IMG/VR virus record: IMGVR_UViG_3300037657_000053
Location: 25,024-89,023 of that record
Strand: one strand, 5' to 3'
Source: a virus
Length of the DNA: 64,000 bases
Shown here: positions 38,895-47,750 of the stretch, piece by piece
How positions within the stretch are numbered: position 1 is the stretch's first letter
How the letters are laid out: every line of letters begins with the position of its first letter
Position numbers and translations under genes: made by a program
Notes under the pieces: model-generated
Databases searched by the model: none
What the model was told of the DNA's origin: nothing
What the model saw: the letters and a program-made list of their open reading frames with translations, nothing else

Positions 38895-40933
38895 TCATCG
38901 AACGCATTGAGATCAAGAATTGGCTCGCCTTCCGAGGTGAGCATATCCTCGATCCCGTTCCGACCGGCGCGATCTCCGTCGTCGCTCGATACGACGACAA
39001 TCCGAGGCGATCGAATTGGGCGGGGAAGACCGCTTTTCTCGAGTCGATCGAGTGGGCTCTCTTCGGTGTTCATCGGAAGCGATACGAAGACGAGGTGATC
39101 TTCACGGGCGAAGATGAGGTAAGCGTTCATCTCGTCTTCACCGACGACTTCCATGTGATCCGGTCGCGCAAACGAGGGAAGGCGACCCGTCTCGTCGTTG
39201 TTCAAGACGGTCTCGAATACGAGAAGAAGCCGGCCGAAGAGCTCGTGAAGACCCGTCTCGGCTTCGACGCTATCGACTTCCGGGCGACGGTTTGCTTCGC
39301 TCAAGGTGATACGGAAGCGATCGTTGAGAGAACTTCGGGTGAGCGGCGGAAGGTGATCGGGCAATGGCTCGAACTTGACGCATGGGCGAGGATCGGGGCT
39401 CGGGCGAGAGCTCACTTGAAGAAGCTTGCCGACTTCTATCAAGAGCGGCGCGGTTCGATCGGCGCGATCGAAGAATCTCTGATCGAAGAGGTTCACGCGA
39501 TCGTCTCGGAAGAAGAAGTTCAAGGGTGGCTCGAAGAGGGTGAGGAAGGTCCGACTCTTGCGATCCGGGGGTGGATTGATAGCGACACCCCTCAAGAGCT
39601 CTTCTTCGAGACTCGCAAGGCGAGCGACGAGATCGCTTTGAAGATTGCTCGCTCGGCTCTCGAGGGGGTCGAGACGAAGCTTCAAGGCTTTGCCGGGATC
39701 GAGTCGGCCGAGTCGGCTCACCGTCAACGAGAGCTCTTCATCGAAGAGGGGAAGCGTCTTCGCGAAGAGCTCAAGGGGGCGGGTGTCGCCGGTCTCGAGG
39801 AAGCGAACGAAGCCTTCTCTCGGGCGAGTGGTTCCGTCGAGTCGGCTCGAACCGAGGTGAGGGAAGCCGAAGAGCTCTGTCGAGGCAACTTCGACGGTGT
39901 GTGTCCGGTCACTCGGGCGGCTTGCTCGGTCGCCGATGAGGTGAGAGCGAATCGTGAAGCTGCTCAAACCCGACTCGAGACGGCCCGAGGTGAGCTCATC
40001 GAACGGCAAGCCAAGAAGGAAGAGAAGCGGCGAGAACTCAACCTTCTTGCTCAAGAGGAACGAACGCTGCAAGGGAAGCGAGAACGCTTCAAGCTCGTTG
40101 TCGCGGAAGTGAAGCGACTTGAACCTCTCTCGCGCAAATGGATTGAGAGCGACCGACCGAGCCCGGCCGAGATTCAAAAGCTCAAGGCGGATCAAGTCGA
40201 ATATCATCGGCGAGTGATCGAACTCGAATCTGCGATTCGCACGGTCGAAGACAAGGTCGGTCGGATTCACTCGGAGCGAACTCGGTTGAAGAAGATTCGC
40301 GATTCTCTCGATGGGTTGGAAAGAGACGTTCGGATCGCGAATCTCGCGGTGAAGGCGACGAGTCAAACGGGAATTCCGGCATACATCGCCGAAGCGATTC
40401 TCGTGAAGCTCGAAGAGCGGGCGAACGTTCTTCTCGCCGGCTCGGGGTTGAGCTTCGCCTTCTCGCTCGATCGCGAGACGAAGGATCTTGCCCCGACTTG
40501 CTTTGAGTGTGGTTACGTCTATCGGGGAAGGAAGGACAAGGCTTGTCCGGCTTGTCAGACTGAGCGGGGAATGAAGCGGGCTGACGAACTCGAAATTCTC
40601 GTTGAAGACGGTTCGGGAACACTCGAAGACGTGAAGACCAAATCGGGTGGTGCGAAGGTTCTCGTCGGTTCGGCGATTCGTCTCGCGGCCGGTCTGATGC
40701 TTCGAGAACTTCGCGGTTCTTCTTGCGCGTTCGCCATGGTTGACGAACCCTTCGGGGCTCTCGATGCGGAAAACCGCGCCGCTCTCGCCGGAACCTTTTC
40801 TTCAATGCTTGGGGCGGTCGGGCTTGAACAAGCCTTTGTCGTCTCACATGACACGGCTCTTCTCGACGCTCTCGCTTCTCGTGTGCTCATTTCGAGGCAT
40901 AGAGACCATTCTTCAATCGAGGTGATTTCGTGA
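38891..40933 (+). CDS. sbcC: SbcC/Rad50 ATPase
   Basis: NWAGKT Walker A, AQG Q-loop, CPVT hook region, SGGAK signature, VDEPFGALD, VSH. Confidence 0.9.
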   Translation: MIIERIEIKNWLAFRGEHILDPVPTGAISVVARYDDNPRRSNWAGKTAFLESIEWALFGVHRKRYEDEVIFTGEDEVSVHLVFTDDFHVIRSRKRGKATRLVVVQDGLEYEKKPAEELVKTRLGFDAIDFRATVCFAQGDTEAIVERTSGERRKVIGQWLELDAWARIGARARAHLKKLADFYQERRGSIGAIEESLIEEVHAIVSEEEVQGWLEEGEEGPTLAIRGWIDSDTPQELFFETRKASDEIALKIARSALEGVETKLQGFAGIESAESAHRQRELFIEEGKRLREELKGAGVAGLEEANEAFSRASGSVESARTEVREAEELCRGNFDGVCPVTRAACSVADEVRANREAAQTRLETARGELIERQAKKEEKRRELNLLAQEERTLQGKRERFKLVVAEVKRLEPLSRKWIESDRPSPAEIQKLKADQVEYHRRVIELESAIRTVEDKVGRIHSERTRLKKIRDSLDGLERDVRIANLAVKATSQTGIPAYIAEAILVKLEERANVLLAGSGLSFAFSLDRETKDLAPTCFECGYVYRGRKDKACPACQTERGMKRADELEILVEDGSGTLEDVKTKSGGAKVLVGSAIRLAAGLMLRELRGSSCAFAMVDEPFGALDAENRAALAGTFSSMLGAVGLEQAFVVSHDTALLDALASRVLISRHRDHSSIEVIS

Positions 40934-41594
40934 GTGGTTACATGCAAGGGGGCGTGACGAAGAGAAGTCCGTTAGATGATTACCCGACTCCCCGAGAGCC
41001 CGTTTATGTTTTGCGACGTTTTCTTGAGAGTCGTTTCGATTTGCATTCTGAAATTGATTTTTTTTTACGAGCCATTTGCTGGCTACGGTGCGATTGTTTC
41101 TGAGTTTCGATGTTCAAGCCAGTTTAGAGAATTTCGTTGGTTTGGATCTGAAATAAATTTGAATTATGAGAATGATCTTTTGTTAGTTTGTGATGACGTG
41201 AGAATTGCCGATTGTTTTGATATTGAATGGCCAGATTCGCACATTGTGACGAATCCGCCGTTTCGGCGATTAGATGAGCTTTGGCCGTTATGTTCTAAGC
41301 ATCGCGATCGGTTTGGAAAAAGCGTTTCTGTATTTATGCCGGTCGCGTGGTGGAATGCTGAAAAAAGGCAAGCTTATATTCGCCCCGATATAATATTGTC
41401 GTTGGGGTGGCGGCCTGTTTTTAGAAAAAAAAACCATCGGTCCGGCTCATAAGGGCTCGCAGGATTTCGTGTGGTCTATTCTTTTGGAACGGCCGAGAGA
41501 CGAGACAATTTGGATTCGTGTTGAGAAGCCGAATTTGAACGAGATTTCTCGGAGATCGAATGTTGGTCCCCCTGCCGAACTTTGGGAGATGTGA
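40930..41594 (+). pseudogene. N6-adenine DNA methyltransferase interrupted at T9 (41058-41066) and A9 (41425-41433)
   Basis: Frame 1 gives DDYPTP, frame 2 gives EPFAGYGAI...TNPPF, frame 3 gives AHKGSQDFVW; shortening each tract by one base joins them into one ORF resembling 42333-42995. Confidence 0.7.
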
Positions 41595-41595
41595 A

Positions 41596-42267
41596 GTGTT
41601 GAAGAAGAGCTCAAAGGCGCAGCAACGGCGCGACGCTCTCGCGGCTTGGTGGGATCGGTCACCGTGGCCTTGTGTCATCCTCGCCGTCGATCCCGGTAGG
41701 GCGGCCGGCGCGACGATTCTGATCTCTCGACCGAGCGGCTTTGCGATTCACCGTTGTGAACCGGTCGATACCTATTCACGAGAACTCGAAAACGTGATTG
41801 GTGAGGCGATTTCGGTTTCGGAGCGAGAGAATCTTCCTCTCTTCCTCGTTCTTGAGGATTGGGGCGCGGGTGGTAATCGCGGGATCTCACAATGGCTCGG
41901 GCTTGGGGAAGCTCGGGGTCCGTGGCGACGAGAGTTTCTGATCGAGTGTGAGAATTATTCTTTTCTTCGGAAGAAGAACGTTGCGAAAGTGAACATGACT
42001 CGTTGGCGTTCTCGAGTCGTTCCAGAGACGGGGAATCGTGACGAGAACGGGTTTCGACGCTTCGAGCCAGATGAATGGAAGGTCGCCGCTCACCGGGCGG
42101 CTTGTGAGCTCTTCCTCAACACATGGGTTCCGATTCTTGACGCGGCCGAGTCGGCTTGTATTGCTGCTTATGCCGCTAGAAGTGACGAGATCGGGAATCT
42201 ACTTCCGAAGAGGTTACTCGCTTCCTACGGTCTCACCTTCACCCCTCTTGAGCCCCTCATCAAATAG
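41596..42267 (+). CDS. RuvC-like Holliday junction resolvase
   Basis: ILAVDPG, LVLED, DAAESACIA; start uncertain (41560 or 41596). Confidence 0.6.
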   Translation: MLKKSSKAQQRRDALAAWWDRSPWPCVILAVDPGRAAGATILISRPSGFAIHRCEPVDTYSRELENVIGEAISVSERENLPLFLVLEDWGAGGNRGISQWLGLGEARGPWRREFLIECENYSFLRKKNVAKVNMTRWRSRVVPETGNRDENGFRRFEPDEWKVAAHRAACELFLNTWVPILDAAESACIAAYAARSDEIGNLLPKRLLASYGLTFTPLEPLIK

Positions 42268-42332
42268 AACTCTTGTCGCTGTCCGATAATCAAGGTGAGT
42301 GTTACTATTTCAAAACTAAGATTTGAGGAACC

Positions 42333-42995
42333 ATGAGCTCATCAACTCGCAAGAATAGAGGCGGCGCCGATAACTATCCAACGCCTCTATGGGCAGTGAG
42401 ACGTCTCTGTGAAATGCTCGAACTTTCTTCCTTCGACAACGAATGGATCGATCCGGCCGCTGGAGACGGGGCGATCATCGAAGCGGTTGATGCGTACCGC
42501 GACGATATTCATTGGACTGCTGTTGATATCAGGGACACTCGTGCAGACTTACAATCGATCGGGCTTTCGTTGAGTCAGATCGAGATCGGCGATTTTCTCG
42601 AGATGGAATTCGAGAAGCGGTTTGACGTGGCGATCTTCAATCCTCCTTTTACATTCCTTATGGAATTCATCGCGAAGTGTCGTCAGATCGCTAGGATTTC
42701 GATCGCGTTTCAAACTCTCAACCTTCTAGGCTCTGATGAACGGCACGAGTGGTTGAGCGGCGACTTTCCCGATGTGTATGTGATCCCGAATCGTGTGGCT
42801 CATAAGGGAAACGGCCGTTCCGATTCCGTCTATTCTGCCTGGTACGTTTGGGGTGAAGAGAGGAAGGACCGAGGGACCATTCGGTTGCTCGATCTCAGCA
42901 GCAAGGAAGAACGAGCAGATTGTAATGAGCGGTTGATCTGTTCGACTGACGAAAAGGCGAGAGTTCTTCGGTCACTCTTTGAGGTGATCGAATGA
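42333..42995 (+). CDS. N6-adenine DNA methyltransferase
   Basis: DNYPTP, DPAAGDGAI (motif I), FNPPF (motif IV), AWYVW. Confidence 0.85.
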   Translation: MSSSTRKNRGGADNYPTPLWAVRRLCEMLELSSFDNEWIDPAAGDGAIIEAVDAYRDDIHWTAVDIRDTRADLQSIGLSLSQIEIGDFLEMEFEKRFDVAIFNPPFTFLMEFIAKCRQIARISIAFQTLNLLGSDERHEWLSGDFPDVYVIPNRVAHKGNGRSDSVYSAWYVWGEERKDRGTIRLLDLSSKEERADCNERLICSTDEKARVLRSLFEVIE

Positions 42996-43267
42996 GAACT
43001 CACTACCTGAAAACCTGGCCCGACGTTTTCGAGGAAACGTGGACCGGTCGGAAGGTTCACGAGTGGCGGCGGGACGATCGCGATTTCGGGTTGTGGGATC
43101 GTGTGGTTCTCGAGGAATTCGAGCCGGCCGGTGAGAGGTATCTTGGGCGCACGATCGAGGCTGAGATCACATCTATTTCGAGGGCTCCCGAGTGGGGAAT
43201 TCCTGAAGGATTCGTTGTTTTCTCGCTTCGGGTGATCGCGAATAAACATAAGAGGGAACATGAGTGA
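42992..43267 (+). CDS. ASCH/PUA-like (DUF3850-type) protein
   Basis: HYLKTWP...GRKVHEWRRDDRDF...VVLEEF...GFVVFSL. Confidence 0.8.
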   Translation: MRTHYLKTWPDVFEETWTGRKVHEWRRDDRDFGLWDRVVLEEFEPAGERYLGRTIEAEITSISRAPEWGIPEGFVVFSLRVIANKHKREHE

Positions 43268-44096
43268 AGAAGTTGAAGAGGTGAGTGAATTCAGTCGTGC
43301 TGTATGGGATGAAGTGGCGCAGCGGCTTTCGCGCACGGGGTTTTCTGGTCTCGTCTTTCGGGTTGTATCGGGTCCGAACATGCCATTTGCGGTTGAAGCG
43401 GGTGGCGCGGTTCAATCGGCTCGGGCCGTTGTAAACCCGGATTTCCGAGAGAAGCTCACGAAGACGGTTCGTGATGTGATCGTTTCGCGTTCGCCCGGAT
43501 CGTTGTGTGTTCTTTCGAGGGGTCCATCTTGGCCCGCCTTTACGATCGGACTTTCGCAGGAGATCGAGTTGATGGAAGATTATGCTCCGATGATTCATCG
43601 CCCTTACATTCCGGAAGGTCTTTCCCAACGCGATACTCCCGAGCCCCCCGAGCCCCCCGAGCTCGAAGAGCTTGTGAAGGTGACGAACGATCCGCCGCCC
43701 GTCTTCCTTCCCGATCCAGGGGCCCCGTCCCGGCTCGAGACGGCCCCTGAGATGCGAGGAGAGCTCACCCCCCTACCACCGACACCCTCGAGCTTCGCGT
43801 GCGTCCACGAGCCTTCAGAGGGCTCTCTTCGCAGGATCGCCCGAGAGCTCGGCGATTTGGTGGTCGAGAAGAACCGAGCCTATGGAAACTCGGTTGCCAC
43901 GTCGGCGGTGGCGATGGCTCTTCTCTATCCCGAGGGGGTTCGACCGGATCAATTGAGGGATATGCTGACGTTGGTTCGGATCTGGGATAAGATGAAGAGG
44001 ATCGCGACGAAGAAGGACGCTTTTGGGGAAAGCCCGTTCCGCGATATCGTTGGCTATGCTCTGCTCGGAGCGGAGAACGATGAAGCGGATAAGTAG
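43260..44096 (+). CDS. Protein with C-terminal DUF1599/Nmad1-like domain
   Basis: EKNRAYGNS...RIWDKMKRI...DIVGYALL. Confidence 0.65.
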   Translation: MSEEVEEVSEFSRAVWDEVAQRLSRTGFSGLVFRVVSGPNMPFAVEAGGAVQSARAVVNPDFREKLTKTVRDVIVSRSPGSLCVLSRGPSWPAFTIGLSQEIELMEDYAPMIHRPYIPEGLSQRDTPEPPEPPELEELVKVTNDPPPVFLPDPGAPSRLETAPEMRGELTPLPPTPSSFACVHEPSEGSLRRIARELGDLVVEKNRAYGNSVATSAVAMALLYPEGVRPDQLRDMLTLVRIWDKMKRIATKKDAFGESPFRDIVGYALLGAENDEADK

Positions 44097-44124
44097 TCTC
44101 GTTCAGATCTTCGATCTCGTTTGA

Positions 44125-44526
44125 TCAGACTCCCCACGGGTTCCCCGTGGTGCTTGACCAGCTTCCGGGTCTATGGCACACAGGCCACGATGAGGGGTGG
44201 ACCACCACGACTCGAACCGTCCGATCCGGCCTGCTCAGAATCGGTTTCGAGCCTTGGCGGCCGATTGTGATCGAGTCGAGTGCGTGGAGAAGTTGACCAA
44301 ATTCTTTGAATGCTTCCTCGTTGCCGCCGCGATCGGGGTGGCACTCAAGAGCCTTTTCTCGATAAAGACGCTTCACTCGTGCCTTGAATTGCTCGAAGAT
44401 CTCGTTCGCTTCTTGGAAGGTTGAACTCGCTCGAACCCTGCTCGCCATGGTCGAGACTTCCTCTCGAGTGATATCAAGGGCGGCAAATCCTCGTGTGAGA
44501 ATTTCTCTGATTTCTTCGGGATTCAT
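44125..44526 (-). CDS. J-domain (DnaJ-like) protein
   Basis: VKRLYREKALECHPDRGGNEEAFKE with HPD motif. Confidence 0.8.
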   Translation of the reverse strand: MNPEEIREILTRGFAALDITREEVSTMASRVRASSTFQEANEIFEQFKARVKRLYREKALECHPDRGGNEEAFKEFGQLLHALDSITIGRQGSKPILSRPDRTVRVVVVHPSSWPVCHRPGSWSSTTGNPWGV

Positions 44527-44564
44527 CTTTACATTCTGTCCGATAATCGAACAGAAGGGAAGTA

Positions 44565-44831
44565 ATGAGTGAGGATCGAACCGATCTCGAACGGGCGAAG
44601 ATTTTGCTTCGGCCGCTATATCAACGTGTTGATCGGTTGCTTGACGATTTGTGGAATATTGTTTGGCAGAATCAGAATCCGAGAGCCGGTAATGAACACG
44701 GTATGACTCCGGGCGAATGGGAAGCTCTGAGAGATTCGGCTGATGCTCTTAGTGCGTTCCTCGAGAACGTGCAGCGTTTGCGGCGTTGCCCAATTAGCGA
44801 TGCGAGTAGGAAAGAACGAAAGAGGGTGTGA
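44565..44831 (+). CDS. Hypothetical protein
   Basis: After GTCCGATAATC motif and RBS. Confidence 0.55.
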   Translation: MSEDRTDLERAKILLRPLYQRVDRLLDDLWNIVWQNQNPRAGNEHGMTPGEWEALRDSADALSAFLENVQRLRRCPISDASRKERKRV

Positions 44832-45064
44832 TGCGCGAACGTCTTTGGACGGTGATTCTTGAACCTGATACCAACCGAGTTGTCGATTGTTTCGATCAGT
44901 CTGTTCGGGGGTGTGGAGGTGGCCCGAATACTTGCGGGGGGTGTCGGGAGTGCATGTTGGCTCAAACTGGCGACGATTGGATCGTTCGTTTCGATGTGAC
45001 TGACGAAGAGCTTGCAAGGCTCGGAGAGGAATCAGAGGATTATGGCAACGCGAAAGAAGAATGA
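44828..45064 (+). CDS. Small Cys-rich protein
   Basis: GCGGGPNTCGGCRECM; overlap with previous stop. Confidence 0.5.
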   Translation: MMRERLWTVILEPDTNRVVDCFDQSVRGCGGGPNTCGGCRECMLAQTGDDWIVRFDVTDEELARLGEESEDYGNAKEE

Positions 45065-45443
45065 AGAGATGAAGGATGAAGCGACGAGCAATAATGGCGA
45101 GGTGAAGACGCGCAAGCGCCCCGAACGCATGGGCCCCGACTTCTTCGATTCTCTTCTCGATTACGTCGAGAAGACGGCTCTCGCTCGGGCCGAGCTCGAA
45201 CGAGTCGGGAAGGAGCTCGAGGAAGAGAGGAAGCGGCCCGACAGGGCTCCGGGTAAGGAGGAAGCTCTCACCCTCCAAATCGTCGGCGCGGCACGTCGTC
45301 TCGATGTGGCAGTTTCGGATGGGAGGGCCCGGCTCCGGGGAACCACCTTCACGGGGATCGCGATCGAACGCTTCAAGGCTCGGCTCGAACAAGCCGAACA
45401 ATCCAGTCGGAACGGTTGGGCGCTAGTCGAAGACCGCTTCTAG
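45042..45443 (+). CDS. Hypothetical protein
   Basis: ATG 45042 with RBS GAGGA; starts MATRKK. Confidence 0.55.
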   Translation: MATRKKNEEMKDEATSNNGEVKTRKRPERMGPDFFDSLLDYVEKTALARAELERVGKELEEERKRPDRAPGKEEALTLQIVGAARRLDVAVSDGRARLRGTTFTGIAIERFKARLEQAEQSSRNGWALVEDRF

Positions 45444-45484
45444 GTAGGCGAGAGCTCATCGTCGGAACCTGAAAGGGAAGACTG

Positions 45485-45736
45485 ATGAATCGCGAGGAAA
45501 GAAAGCTTCTCAAAGAAGCCGCTCGCTTGATTGAGCGGGAGCTTCTAGAAGGAAGGAAAGTTCGCATTCCGAGCTTCGGGGCGTTCTACACCACGATACT
45601 TGAAGTGTTATCGGTTTCGCCCGATGAAATGGATAATCATGTTTGGGCGACCGCTCCCGTACATGAGAGAGTCTCGACTCGATTCCGAACATTTCGATCA
45701 TACTTCCGGCGTATGAATAACCTCGCCGTCAAATAG
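45485..45736 (+). CDS. HU/IHF-like DNA-binding protein
   Basis: LLEGRKVRIPSFGAF resembles the HU signature. Confidence 0.6.
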   Translation: MNREERKLLKEAARLIERELLEGRKVRIPSFGAFYTTILEVLSVSPDEMDNHVWATAPVHERVSTRFRTFRSYFRRMNNLAVK

Positions 45737-45816
45737 ATCTGTTAGACTCGCCGATATGCGGTTCGCCTTCGTCTTTTCATCTTGATTCGTCCAATCCATC
45801 TCTCTATACTCTTCCC

Positions 45817-46554
45817 ATGAGACGTTCCATCACGCCCGCATTCTATCAATCGCTTGTGGATACATTTCGCGAGTATCCCGGGAATGTGTACAAGGTAGCG
45901 AATGAGGTGAAGAAAGACCCGCGATCCGAGGGGACGTGCGGGTGGAAAACAGCCGATAAGGCTTGGAAAGTCGGGTGGCCGGCGCTGCAATTCAAGCCTA
46001 TCAAAGATGTTCTTCACCTCGAGGAGTTGTCCGCGCGACGACAACTTGAGAAGGAACGTCAGAAGACTGAGGAAGAGATTCTTGCTGCTCTCACGAGTGA
46101 CGAGGCGGTCATGCGCGAAAAAGCGCGCGAGGACGCGATTGTTGCTCGAGTGGCCGAAACTCGATTGGTCCGAGAAGCCCGGCAGAACGCGATCGAGTTG
46201 CTCAGTAACTCCAAGGAACTTCTTCGCGGCTTCGGCAAGTTCGCTCCTCGAGTCGTGACGTATCTTCAAAGCATGAAGATTGAGAGCGACGAAGACGTTG
46301 AACGGGCGGCTCGCGTTCTCTGGCGCATCGCCACTTCCGCCAGGTCGGCGACTGAGGCAGGAATGAAGGTTCTTCAAATGGAGCGGCTCTTGTTGGGTCA
46401 ACCTACGGAGATCATCGGCGTGAAGGATGTTTCGGACATGAGCGATACGGACGCGCTCAATGAGTTGGAAGAGGCGGCACGCGCGGCCGAACGGGTACGC
46501 GAGCGACGAAAGAGGTTCGAGGCTAAGAAGATCGAACTCGCGTCCGAATCTTGA
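45817..46554 (+). CDS. Candidate terminase small subunit
   Basis: N-terminal HTH-like region, coiled coil, ERLLLGQPTE; upstream of TerL. Confidence 0.45.
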   Translation: MRRSITPAFYQSLVDTFREYPGNVYKVANEVKKDPRSEGTCGWKTADKAWKVGWPALQFKPIKDVLHLEELSARRQLEKERQKTEEEILAALTSDEAVMREKAREDAIVARVAETRLVREARQNAIELLSNSKELLRGFGKFAPRVVTYLQSMKIESDEDVERAARVLWRIATSARSATEAGMKVLQMERLLLGQPTEIIGVKDVSDMSDTDALNELEEAARAAERVRERRKRFEAKKIELASES

Positions 46555-46612
46555 TATCGGACGCGCGAAGAAGTGAACTTGTCCGATAATCAGAACGAAG
46601 GGAGGTGAGAAG

Positions 46613-46783
46613 GTGTTTTCGATAATCGCGACATTGATACTGCACCTTCTCTCTCGCCTTCTCAAATGTTCTGGTCTGCCCGCATTGTTTGTGATTTGCG
46701 GCTTAGAGATTGCAATCCCTGAGAGACGACCAAACGTGGGCAGGTTGGATCTTATTGAGAAGGCGATAGAGCAGTTTTTTTAG
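46613..46783 (+). CDS. Small hydrophobic protein (56 aa, not in ORF track)
   Basis: GTG after GGAGGTG and a GTCCGATAATC motif; MFSIIATLILHLL... Confidence 0.4.
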   Translation: MFSIIATLILHLLSRLLKCSGLPALFVICGLEIAIPERRPNVGRLDLIEKAIEQFF

Positions 46784-46880
46784 GGAGCCCCTTTGACGGT
46801 CGATTGTTGTCGCGAAGAATCGCCGTCGTGTGTTTAGGTAGGGGTGGCGAACCGTAGGCGAGGGACGGGCGCATAACATT

Positions 46881-46951
46881 ACCGGGATAGTTCAGCGGCA
46901 GAACGGCGGACTTTGACTCCGCTCACAAGGGTTCGACTCCCTTTCCCGGTT
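46881..46951 (+). tRNA. tRNA-Gln (anticodon TTG)
   Basis: Acceptor ACCGGGA/TCCCGGT, D arm GTTC/GAAC, anticodon arm GCGGA-CTTTGAC-TCCGC, T loop GGTTCGACTCC; no encoded CCA. Confidence 0.9.
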
Positions 46952-46973
46952 TCGTTTCAGGGAAGAGGTACTG

Positions 46974-47261
46974 ATGAACATCGGCGACACTTTCGACGTT
47001 CCGCTTCATGCCCAAGTGAGCGAGACAAGTGAAAATCTGGACGGCGATTCGGTTCATAAAATCGTCGTGGTTTGCAATGGTCTAATCGTCGCGCAACTTG
47101 AGATTGTCTTTTTCGAGTCAGCGAATCCGAGTGAGGATGAAAAGAGAGATATGATTCGTCGGTCAATCGCGGCTTGTTTGGCCGGTGCGGTCAATCGAGC
47201 CGAGCAAGTGACGAAAAGGGTCTCTGATGCGTTGACGCAATCTTCAGAAGATTTCAACTAG
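46974..47261 (+). CDS. Hypothetical protein
   Basis: ATG with RBS GAGG after the tRNA. Confidence 0.55.
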   Translation: MNIGDTFDVPLHAQVSETSENLDGDSVHKIVVVCNGLIVAQLEIVFFESANPSEDEKRDMIRRSIAACLAGAVNRAEQVTKRVSDALTQSSEDFN

Positions 47262-47300
47262 TTTGGCTTGGAAACCCGGGTTTCCAAAAGGTTGGTTGGT

Positions 47301-47750
47301 ATGTACCGAGAGAGAGATTTTCCTGCGACTGATCTTACTATTGCGGCGACGATCATTCCTCACAATGTCAATGATGGGCGACATTCGGCCGAGATAGTCT
47401 TGACCGATTCTCGTTGGCCTGTTCACCTCAAGGTTCCCCGACCGGCGATCATGGTTGAACTTGAGAAGCCTTTCGATCCGATTGCCGACGAGCACAAGTT
47501 GAGGCGAGCCTTTGAGAAGACCCTTCTCGAATTCATAGCTCTCGGGGTGGTCTCGACCATAGTTCATCGTTCTCGGGGCGAGACGGTTCCTGAGAGCTCG
47601 GGAAGTCCGGTTCACGATCCAACGGGGCTTTCGTCTTCTTCCGGCGATTCGCGATCCATTCTCACCGCAATGAAGCAGGCGGGGATTGAGGTTCCGCTTG
47701 AAGAATTCTCGTCTCGTAAACAACGTCGGTCTCCCAAGTTGAAGCGATGA
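47301..47750 (+). CDS. Hypothetical protein
   Basis: ATG 47301 just after a palindrome; stop overlaps next start. Confidence 0.5.
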   Translation: MYRERDFPATDLTIAATIIPHNVNDGRHSAEIVLTDSRWPVHLKVPRPAIMVELEKPFDPIADEHKLRRAFEKTLLEFIALGVVSTIVHRSRGETVPESSGSPVHDPTGLSSSSGDSRSILTAMKQAGIEVPLEEFSSRKQRRSPKLKR

